Source of the DNA: an uncultured Candidatus Cloacimonadota bacterium
GTDB taxonomy: Bacteria; Cloacimonadota; Cloacimonadia; JGIOTU-2
Assembly (NCBI GenBank): GCA_964447485.1
Contig: CAYUTH010000001.1
Coordinates: forward strand, 1 to 33,133
Direction: 5' to 3'
Length of the DNA: 33,133 bases
The notes beneath the pieces were generated by a model. That model was not told the origin of the DNA, did not search any database, and saw only the letters and a list, made by a program, of their open reading frames with translations. The translations under genes were made by a program, and so were the position numbers. Positions 9,736-18,268 of this stretch are shown here, piece after piece; positions within the stretch are counted from its first letter, which is position 1; every line of letters begins with the position of its first letter.

Positions 9736-10341
9736 ATGGGGGTAAATTATAGTATTGCGGTTGCTTTTAGAACAGTCTACGAGAATCGTTGCATCCAATT
9801 AATTCTTGCGGCTTATCATAGTGCCATAAACGAAAAGTCGGTATCAATTGATTGGAATGAGAATGATATTACTGCCCAACTGCATGAATATATTGAGAAT
9901 AATCCATTACGAATACAATGGTCAATTTCAAGTAATGTTGAGCATCACTTGCCTAAAGATTCTATTAAAAAAAAGAAAGGATTTTCAGATAAATTTCCGC
10001 GCATTGATTTGAGATTTGTGACCTTTAATAAATTGGAATATAAATATTATATAGAAGCAAAAAGGTTAAAAGAAAAAGATTATGAATTAAAGAAAAGATA
10101 TATCGAAACAGGAATTGATAATTATATTTCAGAAAAATATCCACTTGGATGTCTTGTTGCTTACTTTTTGGAAGGGAATGTGGATGTAACCGTTTCAGGT
10201 ATTAATTTGCTATTACAAAAATACGACAGGGACCCAGAAATTTTGAAAAAACAGTCGTGTAATTTACATGATTACTACTATGTATCTTCTCATCAGAAAA
10301 TTACAATTAAACATTATATCTTAGATTTTACAGTACAGTAA
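9736..10341 (+). CDS. Hypothetical protein, PD-(D/E)xK nuclease-like
   Basis: Starts 4 nt after the MTase stop. ENDIT...E...RIDLRF...YIEAKRL fits a restriction-endonuclease-like E..D..ExK site. Low GC. Confidence 0.65.
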   Translation: MGVNYSIAVAFRTVYENRCIQLILAAYHSAINEKSVSIDWNENDITAQLHEYIENNPLRIQWSISSNVEHHLPKDSIKKKKGFSDKFPRIDLRFVTFNKLEYKYYIEAKRLKEKDYELKKRYIETGIDNYISEKYPLGCLVAYFLEGNVDVTVSGINLLLQKYDRDPEILKKQSCNLHDYYYVSSHQKITIKHYILDFTVQ

Positions 10342-10497
10342 TTTTGGTTACATTTATCATTGTTTGGAACAAAAATACATCATACCTGCAATATAAATAT
10401 AGAACAAATACCCAAAAGAGATTGATAAGGCTTTATGATTTTCTATATCAAGGATAATTTTATGTAACATTATAATAAACTCAATAAGGAGGCAAAA

Positions 10498-11556
10498 ATG
10501 GCACAGGACAAAAAGGAGACCTTCAAACAGCTTTCAAGCTTGTGGGAATATGAGAACATAACGATTCTCCCTACAATCGGCGAGAAATATGCTATTCTCA
10601 GCGATCTCCATTTCGGGGACGGCGGACCCGCTGACGACTTTCGGGATAACATCAAACCGATGAAGCGCTTGCTCACCCACTATCTTGAGAATAAGTATCG
10701 AATCATCCTGCTTGGGGATATCGAAGAACTATGGCAGTTTGACCTTGATATGATAAAGAAAAAGTATGATGAGGAAATTTATAGTCTGTTTAGAAAATTT
10801 GGTGATGGTCGTGTCATACGGGTGTTTGGTAATCACGACAGGGAATGGGAATCCCCGCCTGATCCTGTTATGAAAAATCCTGAAATAACAAAAGGTGCAC
10901 CCGAAGCTCTAAAACTGAAAATTGGAGAAGATAATCCTATCATTCTTCTCGTGCATGGGCACCAGGGAAACATCGAATCCGATAAAAATAGCTGGTCTAG
11001 CAAGTTCTTTGTAAGAGGAATATTCAAACCTCTTGAACCACTTGCCAAATTCTTAAAGTTTTATGGACATCCTTCAGCTACGAAATCGCAAGTCACAACG
11101 GATTACGAACAGATCATGTATGCATGGGCAAAAAAGAACAAGGTGATCCTGATATGCGGGCATTCCCACCGGGCGATCTTTGCATCGACCTCTTACGCGC
11201 GGAGACTGCAAAACCAGATCGACGCACTCCAAAAAGAGAACAGAGATAATTCAAACGATCATAAACTCGTTAAAGAAAACAAAAAGAAAATCAAAGAATT
11301 AAATAAGAAACTCGACGAAGAGAAAAATAAAAACCGCGATATCGATCCTACCGATCCTGGCAAACAACCTCTGCCGTGCTATTTCAATACCGGCTGCGGA
11401 CTCTTCACTACCGGCATCACATGCATAGAAATTGAAAATGATGAAATCAGACTGGTAAAATGGCATAATAATAAAAAGAAAGAATCTATGTATGAAATTT
11501 ATGAACATGGTTCTTTATATGAATTTTATGAACAAATAAAAAATACAAGTAGTTAA
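10498..11556 (+). CDS. Calcineurin-like metallophosphoesterase
   Basis: AAGGAGG RBS; motifs SDLH, LLGDIEE, GNHD, VHGH, CGHSH, YFNTG. Confidence 0.85.
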   Translation: MAQDKKETFKQLSSLWEYENITILPTIGEKYAILSDLHFGDGGPADDFRDNIKPMKRLLTHYLENKYRIILLGDIEELWQFDLDMIKKKYDEEIYSLFRKFGDGRVIRVFGNHDREWESPPDPVMKNPEITKGAPEALKLKIGEDNPIILLVHGHQGNIESDKNSWSSKFFVRGIFKPLEPLAKFLKFYGHPSATKSQVTTDYEQIMYAWAKKNKVILICGHSHRAIFASTSYARRLQNQIDALQKENRDNSNDHKLVKENKKKIKELNKKLDEEKNKNRDIDPTDPGKQPLPCYFNTGCGLFTTGITCIEIENDEIRLVKWHNNKKKESMYEIYEHGSLYEFYEQIKNTSS

Positions 11557-11572
11557 TATTATAAGAATTAAT

Positions 11573-12322
11573 ATGAAAAATGATATTCTAATTCTGGAAC
11601 AACTCTCCATGAATGCGTGGCCCTCGCTTCAAAGCATGTTCTATGATGGCTGGATTCTTCGTTTTGCAAATGGCGTGACAAGACGTTCCAATTCAGTGAA
11701 TCCAATGTATGAATCCACGCGTGATGTTGAGGAGAAGATTGCATTTTGCGAAAAGATCTACTCAGAAAAAATTCTTCCGACAATTTTTAAACTTACATCC
11801 GCTGCATGCCCGGCACAACTCGATGAAGTTCTATCCCAAAGAAACTACCAGAGGCAAGCAGAAACATCAGTACAAACCTTCGATCTTACCAAAGCTATTT
11901 TTGAAGCGAATCGCAGCATAATTCTCAATGAAAACCTTGAAGAGAATTGGGTGAAATCTTTCGTGAGTCTCAATAAATATGATACTGATAAAAATCAAAT
12001 CTACCACGCGATCTTACAGAATATTATCCCCGAGACAATATTTGCAAGCTATCGGATAGGGAACCGGATTGTGGGATGTGGTCTGGGAGTGAAGCAAGGC
12101 AAGTATATTGGTCTCTTCGATATTGTCGTTGATGAAGAGCACCGGGGAGTGGGGCTGGGTTACTATATTGTGACCTCACTTATGAAATGGGGAAAATCAA
12201 AAGGGGCAACCATTGCGTATCTGCAGGTTATGACAGACAATGAAATTGCGCGACATCTCTATGAGAAACTTGGTTTTGAAGAGCAGTATAAATATTGGTA
12301 TAGGGTGAAAAAACATAAATAA
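11573..12322 (+). CDS. GNAT family N-acetyltransferase
   Basis: VDEEHRGVGLG acetyl-CoA motif and AYLQVMTDNEIARHLYEKLGF; N-terminal NAWP...GW.LRF..G.TRRSNSV. Confidence 0.9.
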   Translation: MKNDILILEQLSMNAWPSLQSMFYDGWILRFANGVTRRSNSVNPMYESTRDVEEKIAFCEKIYSEKILPTIFKLTSAACPAQLDEVLSQRNYQRQAETSVQTFDLTKAIFEANRSIILNENLEENWVKSFVSLNKYDTDKNQIYHAILQNIIPETIFASYRIGNRIVGCGLGVKQGKYIGLFDIVVDEEHRGVGLGYYIVTSLMKWGKSKGATIAYLQVMTDNEIARHLYEKLGFEEQYKYWYRVKKHK

Positions 12323-12486
12323 TAACTCTTTTTCTTGAACATCAATCAGAGTTAGAATTTCTTTCAATTCATTTTAATTACTTATATCTAAAAAAAAATT
12401 GACAAATAAATATCACCATAAAGTATACTAAAGGAGCAGCTAAAATTTCTGGAACGTAAACAAAACAAGAAAAAATAGGAGTGATC

Positions 12487-15400
12487 ATGAAAAAAATTAT
12501 CATCTTTTTGTTTATCTTATTGCATGCTGGATTATTGCTTGCCCAAATAAATGTTCAGGGTGATGTATCTGGAACCTGGACTGCGGCAAACAGCCCCTAC
12601 AATGTTACCGGAAATGCGAATGTACCAAACGGACAAACACTGACGATTGAGCCGGGAGTCACGGTTAAATTTATGGGCAACTACGGTCTACAAATCTACG
12701 GAGGTCTATTTGCTGTTGGAACAGAAGCAGACACTATTCGTTTTACTTCGGGGCAATCTTCCTGTAACCCCAGTGATTGGAACTATATCAGATTTGAAAG
12801 CATTTCCGATTCCAATAGCGTTATATCTTATGCAAGAATTGAATATGCAGATCGGGGAATCTACTGCTATTGGTATACTTCTCCGACCATCAGCAATAAC
12901 ACGATAAGTAATAATTCTTATGGAATCTTCTGCAACTCTTCTTCCCCGACAATCAGAAATAACACGATAAGTAATAATTCTTATGGAATCTACGGCTCTT
13001 CTTCCCCAACCATCTTGAATAATATTCTTTATAATAATAGTACAGGTATTTATGCATCTTCATTACCTTCATCTTTGGATTATAATCTATTCTGGCAAAA
13101 CAATACTACTGGTTCCGGTGGTGGTATTCCTGCTGTATTTGGAGAGATTGTAACAGTAAATGCCAATGGCGATTCTTGCGATGCTTATTTCAACCTATTT
13201 ATGGATCCACTTTTTGTAGATACTGGCAATTTTAATTTTCATTTAACGGAAAATTCACCCTGCATTGATGCCGGAAATCCCGACCCGATTTATTATGATC
13301 CGGACGGCACTATTGCGGATATTGGAGCTTTCTATTTTGATCCGGCTCAAGTTCCCTTAACTGCTAGGTTCTCAGCAACACCAATTTGTGGGAATACACC
13401 ATTAAATGTTCAATTTACCGATTTATCGATAGGTTATCCTGAAACATGGGAATGGGATTTCCAGAATGATGGGATAATTGATTCTTATGAGCAAAACCCG
13501 GTTTTTATTTATAACGAAACCGGCACTTATACCGTATCTTTGAAAGTTACGAACAACAGGGACCAGCATACGAAAATAAAAGAGAATTATATAACAGTTT
13601 TTGGCGATCATGTCGAACCTCTGATCAATAATAATTGGACAACTTTTACTTGGCCCTACAATGCGTATTATCCTCTAGATCCTGGTGGTATAAATGGGCA
13701 TGTTGGTAATGCCTGCGGTTATACGTCCATGGCAAGAATTTTACATTATTGGGAATTTCCGATAAATGGTAATGGTATATTAGATTTTAACGACATCTTT
13801 GGTTTTCATTGGTATTGTGATCTTACTGATCTGAGTCTGAATTATTCGGCAATGCCTTTTACTCTTCCGCACAATGCAACTCAGCCAGAATATCATGAAA
13901 CCGCAAACCTATTTTTAGCTTGCGGAGCAGTTGGTGAATATGTCCATATTTGGGCTCCTAATGATGTAGAAAATATACCGCCTGCATTTATTAATTATTT
14001 CTATTTTAGTCAAACGGCAGAGGTTGTAAAACGGGAGGACTATACGAGACAAGAATGGATCAATATTTATAAAACTGAATTATATAACGGAAGACCCATT
14101 ATGATGTGTGGCAGAACTGCTGATAGCCCTTCTCCCGGACAGCCAGGTCAGGTATTTGGTCATTGGTGGGTTTGCGATGGATATAATGAAAATGATGAAT
14201 TTTATATAAACTATGCTTATGGTGGTATTCAAGGTTATTATGATATTGATGATATGGGTGTTTATTTAGCATGGAACAGAGCAATAATCGGATTACAACC
14301 TGAACTGAACGGGAAAGCAATTTCTCTCTTATCTTTAAATGGGGGAGAGACTTTAGTGCCCGGAGAAGAAACTGATATTACATGGAACAGTGTGAATGTT
14401 TCAGACATAAGGATTGAATACACAACAGATAATGGATATAACTGGCAGGAGATTATTGCAAGCACCTCCACAAGTACAGGTTTCTATACATGGACAGCTC
14501 CAAATATTAATTCTAACGAGTGCAGGATAAAAATTACTGATGTTAGTGATAATAATGTATATGATAAAAGTGATGATGTTTTTTCAATTCAGTCTTATGG
14601 ATTGACGCTAATATCGCCAAACGGAGGTGAATCTTATATCCCAGGGATTACAACTTTAATTACGTGGGATAATACAGTCGTGGCTCACATCAAAATTGAA
14701 TATACCACCGATAATGGTTTGAACTGGATTGAAATAACTTCAAGTGCTTCGACATCTTCAGGTAGTTATGATTGGATCATCCCGGATATCATTTCTGATG
14801 AGTGTAAAGTCAAAATTACTGATATCACAAATTACGCAATTTATGATGAAAGCGATAATGTATTTTCAATTATATCTTACATACCTATATACGATATCCA
14901 ATATACTACGCTACCAGGACCAGATGGTACTTATCCCTCTTTGATGGCTGGAGAGGTTGTCACAACATTGGGAATTGTAACTGCTGTCGGCTATTCGGGT
15001 TATAACAATAACTTTTTTATTTCCTCACCTGAAGGTGAGTCCTGGAAAGGTATTTATGTCTATAATGCTAATACTGAACCGAGTATTGGTTATATGGTTG
15101 AGGTTCATGGAGAAGTTGTTGAATATTTCGGGTTTACGGAATTTCATGCTCCTGATGTAATTGTTTTAAGCTCAGGAAATCCTATTCCGGAGCCAATTGT
15201 GGTGAACACAGGAGATCTGGTTGCTCCTGTAAATGCAGAGGCATATGAGGCATGCATAGTGAAAGTCGAAAATGTTACTGTAACACAAGCACCGGATCCT
15301 GATAACGAATGTTATGTAGATGATGGGACAGGTGAATGCCAGGTTGATGACAAAATATTTGCTTATTCGGCTTCTTTAGGTGAACAATTTACATATATTA

Positions 15401-15756
15401 TTGGTGCAGTAGATTATAGTTGGGATGAATATGGAATTAATCCACGGGATATAGATGATCTATGTGTTTATTCCACCGATGATCCTTCCAATGATGATCT
15501 GACTTTATATCAAAATTCTCCTAATCCATTTAATACCCAAACTTCAATAGCTTATTCTTTACCACAATCTAGTAACGTAAAAATAAATATTTTCAATCTC
15601 AAAGGTCAATTAGTGAAGATCTTGGTTAATGAAAAAAAACCTGCAGGATATCATGTAGTCGAATGGCTTGCTGCAAATATGAATAATGGTATTTATTTCT
15701 GTAAGATGGCGACTGAAAATGAAACATTTATCAAGAGGATGATCCTAATGAAGTAA
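12487..15756 (+). CDS. Secreted multidomain protein: right-handed beta-helix, PKD, divergent peptidase C10 (streptopain-like), two Ig-like 'NGGE' repeats, OB-fold-like region, T9SS/FlgD-like C-terminal domain
   Basis: AGGAG at 12477-12481 favours ATG 12487 over GTG 12481. Signal peptide; SGTWT...SPY..TG, SPTISNNTI repeats, SPCIDAG, WEWDFQNDG (PKD), NACGYTSMARILHYWEFP and GHWWVCDGY (C10-like), IYDIQ...GEVVTTLGIVTA, QNSPNPFN...IFNLKGQLV. Confidence 0.75.
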   Translation: MKKIIIFLFILLHAGLLLAQINVQGDVSGTWTAANSPYNVTGNANVPNGQTLTIEPGVTVKFMGNYGLQIYGGLFAVGTEADTIRFTSGQSSCNPSDWNYIRFESISDSNSVISYARIEYADRGIYCYWYTSPTISNNTISNNSYGIFCNSSSPTIRNNTISNNSYGIYGSSSPTILNNILYNNSTGIYASSLPSSLDYNLFWQNNTTGSGGGIPAVFGEIVTVNANGDSCDAYFNLFMDPLFVDTGNFNFHLTENSPCIDAGNPDPIYYDPDGTIADIGAFYFDPAQVPLTARFSATPICGNTPLNVQFTDLSIGYPETWEWDFQNDGIIDSYEQNPVFIYNETGTYTVSLKVTNNRDQHTKIKENYITVFGDHVEPLINNNWTTFTWPYNAYYPLDPGGINGHVGNACGYTSMARILHYWEFPINGNGILDFNDIFGFHWYCDLTDLSLNYSAMPFTLPHNATQPEYHETANLFLACGAVGEYVHIWAPNDVENIPPAFINYFYFSQTAEVVKREDYTRQEWINIYKTELYNGRPIMMCGRTADSPSPGQPGQVFGHWWVCDGYNENDEFYINYAYGGIQGYYDIDDMGVYLAWNRAIIGLQPELNGKAISLLSLNGGETLVPGEETDITWNSVNVSDIRIEYTTDNGYNWQEIIASTSTSTGFYTWTAPNINSNECRIKITDVSDNNVYDKSDDVFSIQSYGLTLISPNGGESYIPGITTLITWDNTVVAHIKIEYTTDNGLNWIEITSSASTSSGSYDWIIPDIISDECKVKITDITNYAIYDESDNVFSIISYIPIYDIQYTTLPGPDGTYPSLMAGEVVTTLGIVTAVGYSGYNNNFFISSPEGESWKGIYVYNANTEPSIGYMVEVHGEVVEYFGFTEFHAPDVIVLSSGNPIPEPIVVNTGDLVAPVNAEAYEACIVKVENVTVTQAPDPDNECYVDDGTGECQVDDKIFAYSASLGEQFTYIIGAVDYSWDEYGINPRDIDDLCVYSTDDPSNDDLTLYQNSPNPFNTQTSIAYSLPQSSNVKINIFNLKGQLVKILVNEKKPAGYHVVEWLAANMNNGIYFCKMATENETFIKRMILMK
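12895..12991 (+). repeat. Intragenic tandem duplication, 63-nt period
   Basis: aataacacgataagtaataattcttatggaatct (34 nt) is identical at 12895-12928 and 12958-12991. Confidence 0.9.
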
Positions 15757-15779
15757 GCTTCGAATTTCACAGGACAGGT
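15744..15779. repeat. 36-nt imperfect palindrome overlapping the gene end (REP-like, apparent insertion)
   Basis: CCTAATGAAGT-aagcttcga-ATTTCACAGG-acaggt, followed by a second in-frame tail C TTA ATG AGA TAG. Confidence 0.5.
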
Positions 15780-15812
15780 CTTAATGAGATAGAGTTAGAA
15801 TCTAATAAATAT

Positions 15813-15851
15813 AGGGCTCATTTCAATAATGGAATGAGCCCTTTTTCTTTT
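15813..15851 (+). terminator. Intrinsic terminator
   Basis: AGGGCTCATTTCA-ataa-TGGAATGAGCCCT 13-bp stem (one G:U pair) followed by TTTTCTTTT. Confidence 0.9.
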
Positions 15852-15938
15852 AATTCACAATGGAATTTATTGACATCCCGATTAATAAAATCACTTGCAT
15901 AGAGAAACGAATAATTAATAAAATTAATAAGGAATCTC

Positions 15939-16838
15939 ATGAAAAAGAAATCCATTAGAATCATTCAACTGGCTATTATTGCTCTACTTTTCATTGCTGC
16001 ATTTCTTCAAGCAGAAGAGTTCCAACAAAAGAATCAAGATGCGTGTATCTGGAAGATAGAATCAGACAGCAATACCGTTTATATAGCGGGTTCCATACAC
16101 TTTTTAAAAGAAACGGACTATCCGCTTGATCAAAGATTCGATCAATGTTTTCAGGATGCAGAGAATGTCGTTTTCGAATTGCATTATGACAGCACGCAAA
16201 CTCCTGCTTTTCAACAATATACGCTTATGAAAGCATTCTATCCCGAAGGTGGGACATTTAAGGGATCAGTAAGTGATTCAACTTACAATCTAGTGAAAGA
16301 TAAACTCCTCGAACTCGGTATGCCCATAGAAAAACTCAATGCCTTCCAGCCCTGGTTCATTGCGGTCACTATGCTTAGTTTGAACATACAAAAACTGGGA
16401 TTCGATCCCCAACTCGGGGTTGATCAGCACTTCTTTGCCATGGCTAAAGAAGCTCAGAAAAATATCATCGGTCTGGAAACAGCGGAATATCAACTCGATC
16501 TCCTCTCGACTTTGGGTGGTGACGACCAGGAAGCTTTTGTGATCCAGACATTGGATCAGTTCGATGAAATGGAATCGGGTTTTCAGGACCTTGTTGATGC
16601 ATGGAAAAAGGGAGATCTGGAAAAGTTGAATGAGCTTCTCAATAAGGGTTTTGAGGAATATCCTGCACTCATGCAGTCTTTATTGATCGACAGAAATTAC
16701 AATTGGCTGGATGAAGTGATCGGGTACACAAAGGATAATGAGGATTATCTGGTAATAGTCGGGGCAGGGCATCTTGCAGGCGATGAGGGTTTGATCGAGC
16801 TTCTCGAAGCACAAGGATATTCTGTTGATAGATTTTAG
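15939..16838 (+). CDS. TraB/GumN family protein
   Basis: Signal peptide; IWKI...VYIAGSIH, VVFE, GVD, GLET..YQ, LLIDRN..W, VIVGAGHL. Confidence 0.9.
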   Translation: MKKKSIRIIQLAIIALLFIAAFLQAEEFQQKNQDACIWKIESDSNTVYIAGSIHFLKETDYPLDQRFDQCFQDAENVVFELHYDSTQTPAFQQYTLMKAFYPEGGTFKGSVSDSTYNLVKDKLLELGMPIEKLNAFQPWFIAVTMLSLNIQKLGFDPQLGVDQHFFAMAKEAQKNIIGLETAEYQLDLLSTLGGDDQEAFVIQTLDQFDEMESGFQDLVDAWKKGDLEKLNELLNKGFEEYPALMQSLLIDRNYNWLDEVIGYTKDNEDYLVIVGAGHLAGDEGLIELLEAQGYSVDRF

Positions 16839-16879
16839 GCATCATAAGAAATGACTGAAATGTTACTATTTGAAATACA

Positions 16880-17500
16880 ATGAGCAGATATACGGAATAT
16901 TATGATCAAGAAGCCGAAGCCACAGCGTGGTATGGTCCGGAAGTTATTTTCGGACTTGTGTACACGTTCATACAACCGGGACAAAAATTACTTGATATTG
17001 GGATCGGCACCGGTTTGAGTTCAACGCTGTTTCATGATTTTGGAATGAACATCTATGGCATGGATATATCAGAAGAAATGCTTGAAGCAGTTCGGAATAA
17101 GAATATTTCTCAAAATCTCATCCTGCATGACCTGACTAAATTTCCCTATCCCTATGAGAAGGATTTTTTCGATCTCGTAATAAATGCGGGGGTATTCCAG
17201 TTCTTTGTGGATTTACAACAGGTTTTCAAAGAAACAAGCAGGATAATGAAAAAGGATGCTTACTTCGCTTTTGTGGTTGGGCATCGAAGTCCGGCAGAGG
17301 TTTCAGCTGTGATTGTTGGTTCGGAACATACCGGTTCTGATAGAATGGTGACGATGTATCGACATTCGGATGAGCAGATAAACCGATGGCTTGCTGAAGC
17401 ATCATTAAGAGAAATCAGAAGCGTTGAATTTGCTGTTTTTATGGATAAGGAGAAAAAGCACCGGCTGCCGGCAAAGGTGTATATCGTAAAAAATATTTAA
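16880..17500 (+). CDS. Class I SAM-dependent methyltransferase
   Basis: LLDIGIGTG, GMDISEEML, FDLVI motifs. Confidence 0.85.
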   Translation: MSRYTEYYDQEAEATAWYGPEVIFGLVYTFIQPGQKLLDIGIGTGLSSTLFHDFGMNIYGMDISEEMLEAVRNKNISQNLILHDLTKFPYPYEKDFFDLVINAGVFQFFVDLQQVFKETSRIMKKDAYFAFVVGHRSPAEVSAVIVGSEHTGSDRMVTMYRHSDEQINRWLAEASLREIRSVEFAVFMDKEKKHRLPAKVYIVKNI

Positions 17501-17508
17501 GAAATTAA

Positions 17509-17744
17509 AACCACAGATTAACACGAATGTACACAAATTATATATGACTGAACAGTCATAGACCATTCTGTGACGGAATTTTTGAATGAAGAATGAAGAA
17601 CAACGATTTTTGATTTTAGATGTACAACCGTTGCGAAGGTCGAGAAGAGACCGTTCGAAAGGTTCAAGACGACGGAGTCGTCGGCTCCAGATTTTTCGTT
17701 TTAAACATTTATAACCTTCAAACCTTCAAACCTCTCAACCTCCT
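17509..17744. repeat. Mosaic of micro-tandem repeats and REP-like palindromes between convergent genes
   Basis: aaccacagat/taacacgaat/gtacacaaat (17509-17538); tatgactg-aa-cagtcata (17543-17560); gaatgaa x2 (17584-17597); long hairpin 17626-17664; gacgac-gga-gtcgtc (17668-17682); aaccttca x2/aacctctc/aacctcct (17713-17744). Confidence 0.75.
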
Positions 17745-18245
17745 CAGTAACTCATTCTTTTCTCTTGTACTTTTTAAAATTACAATTTTCTTTTCCGAAT
17801 TCTTAAGCAATCGCGTGTAGGTTTTCTTATAATCCCAATGGGATTTACAAATCCAGTATAAAATTGAATTCTTCGAAAAGAAGGTCTGACGGAAGGTCTC
17901 GACATTTTCTGCGAATAATTTTTCTTTGGTTATAATTCTCTTTATCGAACGGACAAGCGCTTGCAGGAAAATCACATGAAAAGGATAATCCAGCCAGATG
18001 ATCGTGTCAGCACGTGCCCAGACGATATCTCGTACAATACTGAAATTCCCATCGATCACCCATTTTTTCTTTTCGACTACTTGTGCAACTTTTTTTCTGA
18101 ATTTCTCCCTCTCCTCGATCTGCCAGTTTTTTCTCCAGAAAAGTGTGTCCAATTCAATGTGGGAAATGTGGAGTATCTTGGAAAGTTCTCGGGCTAAGGT
18201 GGTTTTACCCGAGCAGCTCGTACCGATTATTACAATTCTGTTGAC
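17718..18245 (-). CDS. Adenylate-kinase-like P-loop protein (FlaR/topology-modulation family); start codon non-canonical or mutated (GTC)
   Basis: The frame extends 31 codons upstream of the listed 18152 start: (V)NRIVIIGTSCSGKTTLARELSKILHISHIELDTLFW; also WVIDGNF and ADTIIWLDYP. AAGGAG RBS lies 7 nt before GTC at 18245. Confidence 0.8.
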   Translation of the reverse strand, partial: VNRIVIIGTSCSGKTTLARELSKILHISHIELDTLFWRKNWQIEEREKFRKKVAQVVEKKKWVIDGNFSIVRDIVWARADTIIWLDYPFHVIFLQALVRSIKRIITKEKLFAENVETFRQTFFSKNSILYWICKSHWDYKKTYTRLLKNSEKKIVILKSTREKNELLRRLRGLKV

Positions 18246-18268
18246 TTTAATGCTCCTTTAATAAATTC

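Noticed and set aside
6643-10341. BREX, DISARM or Type I/III RM assignment
   Set aside because: No PglZ, ATPase, helicase or separate HsdS gene adjacent.
12320-12358. attC-like TAAC...GTTAG hairpin after the GNAT stop
   Set aside because: About 35 nt is too short for an attC, and no integron integrase or cassette array is present.
17620-17820. 66-aa ORF across the repeat mosaic
   Set aside because: Made of palindrome and repeat sequence, overlaps the convergent kinase, and has no RBS.
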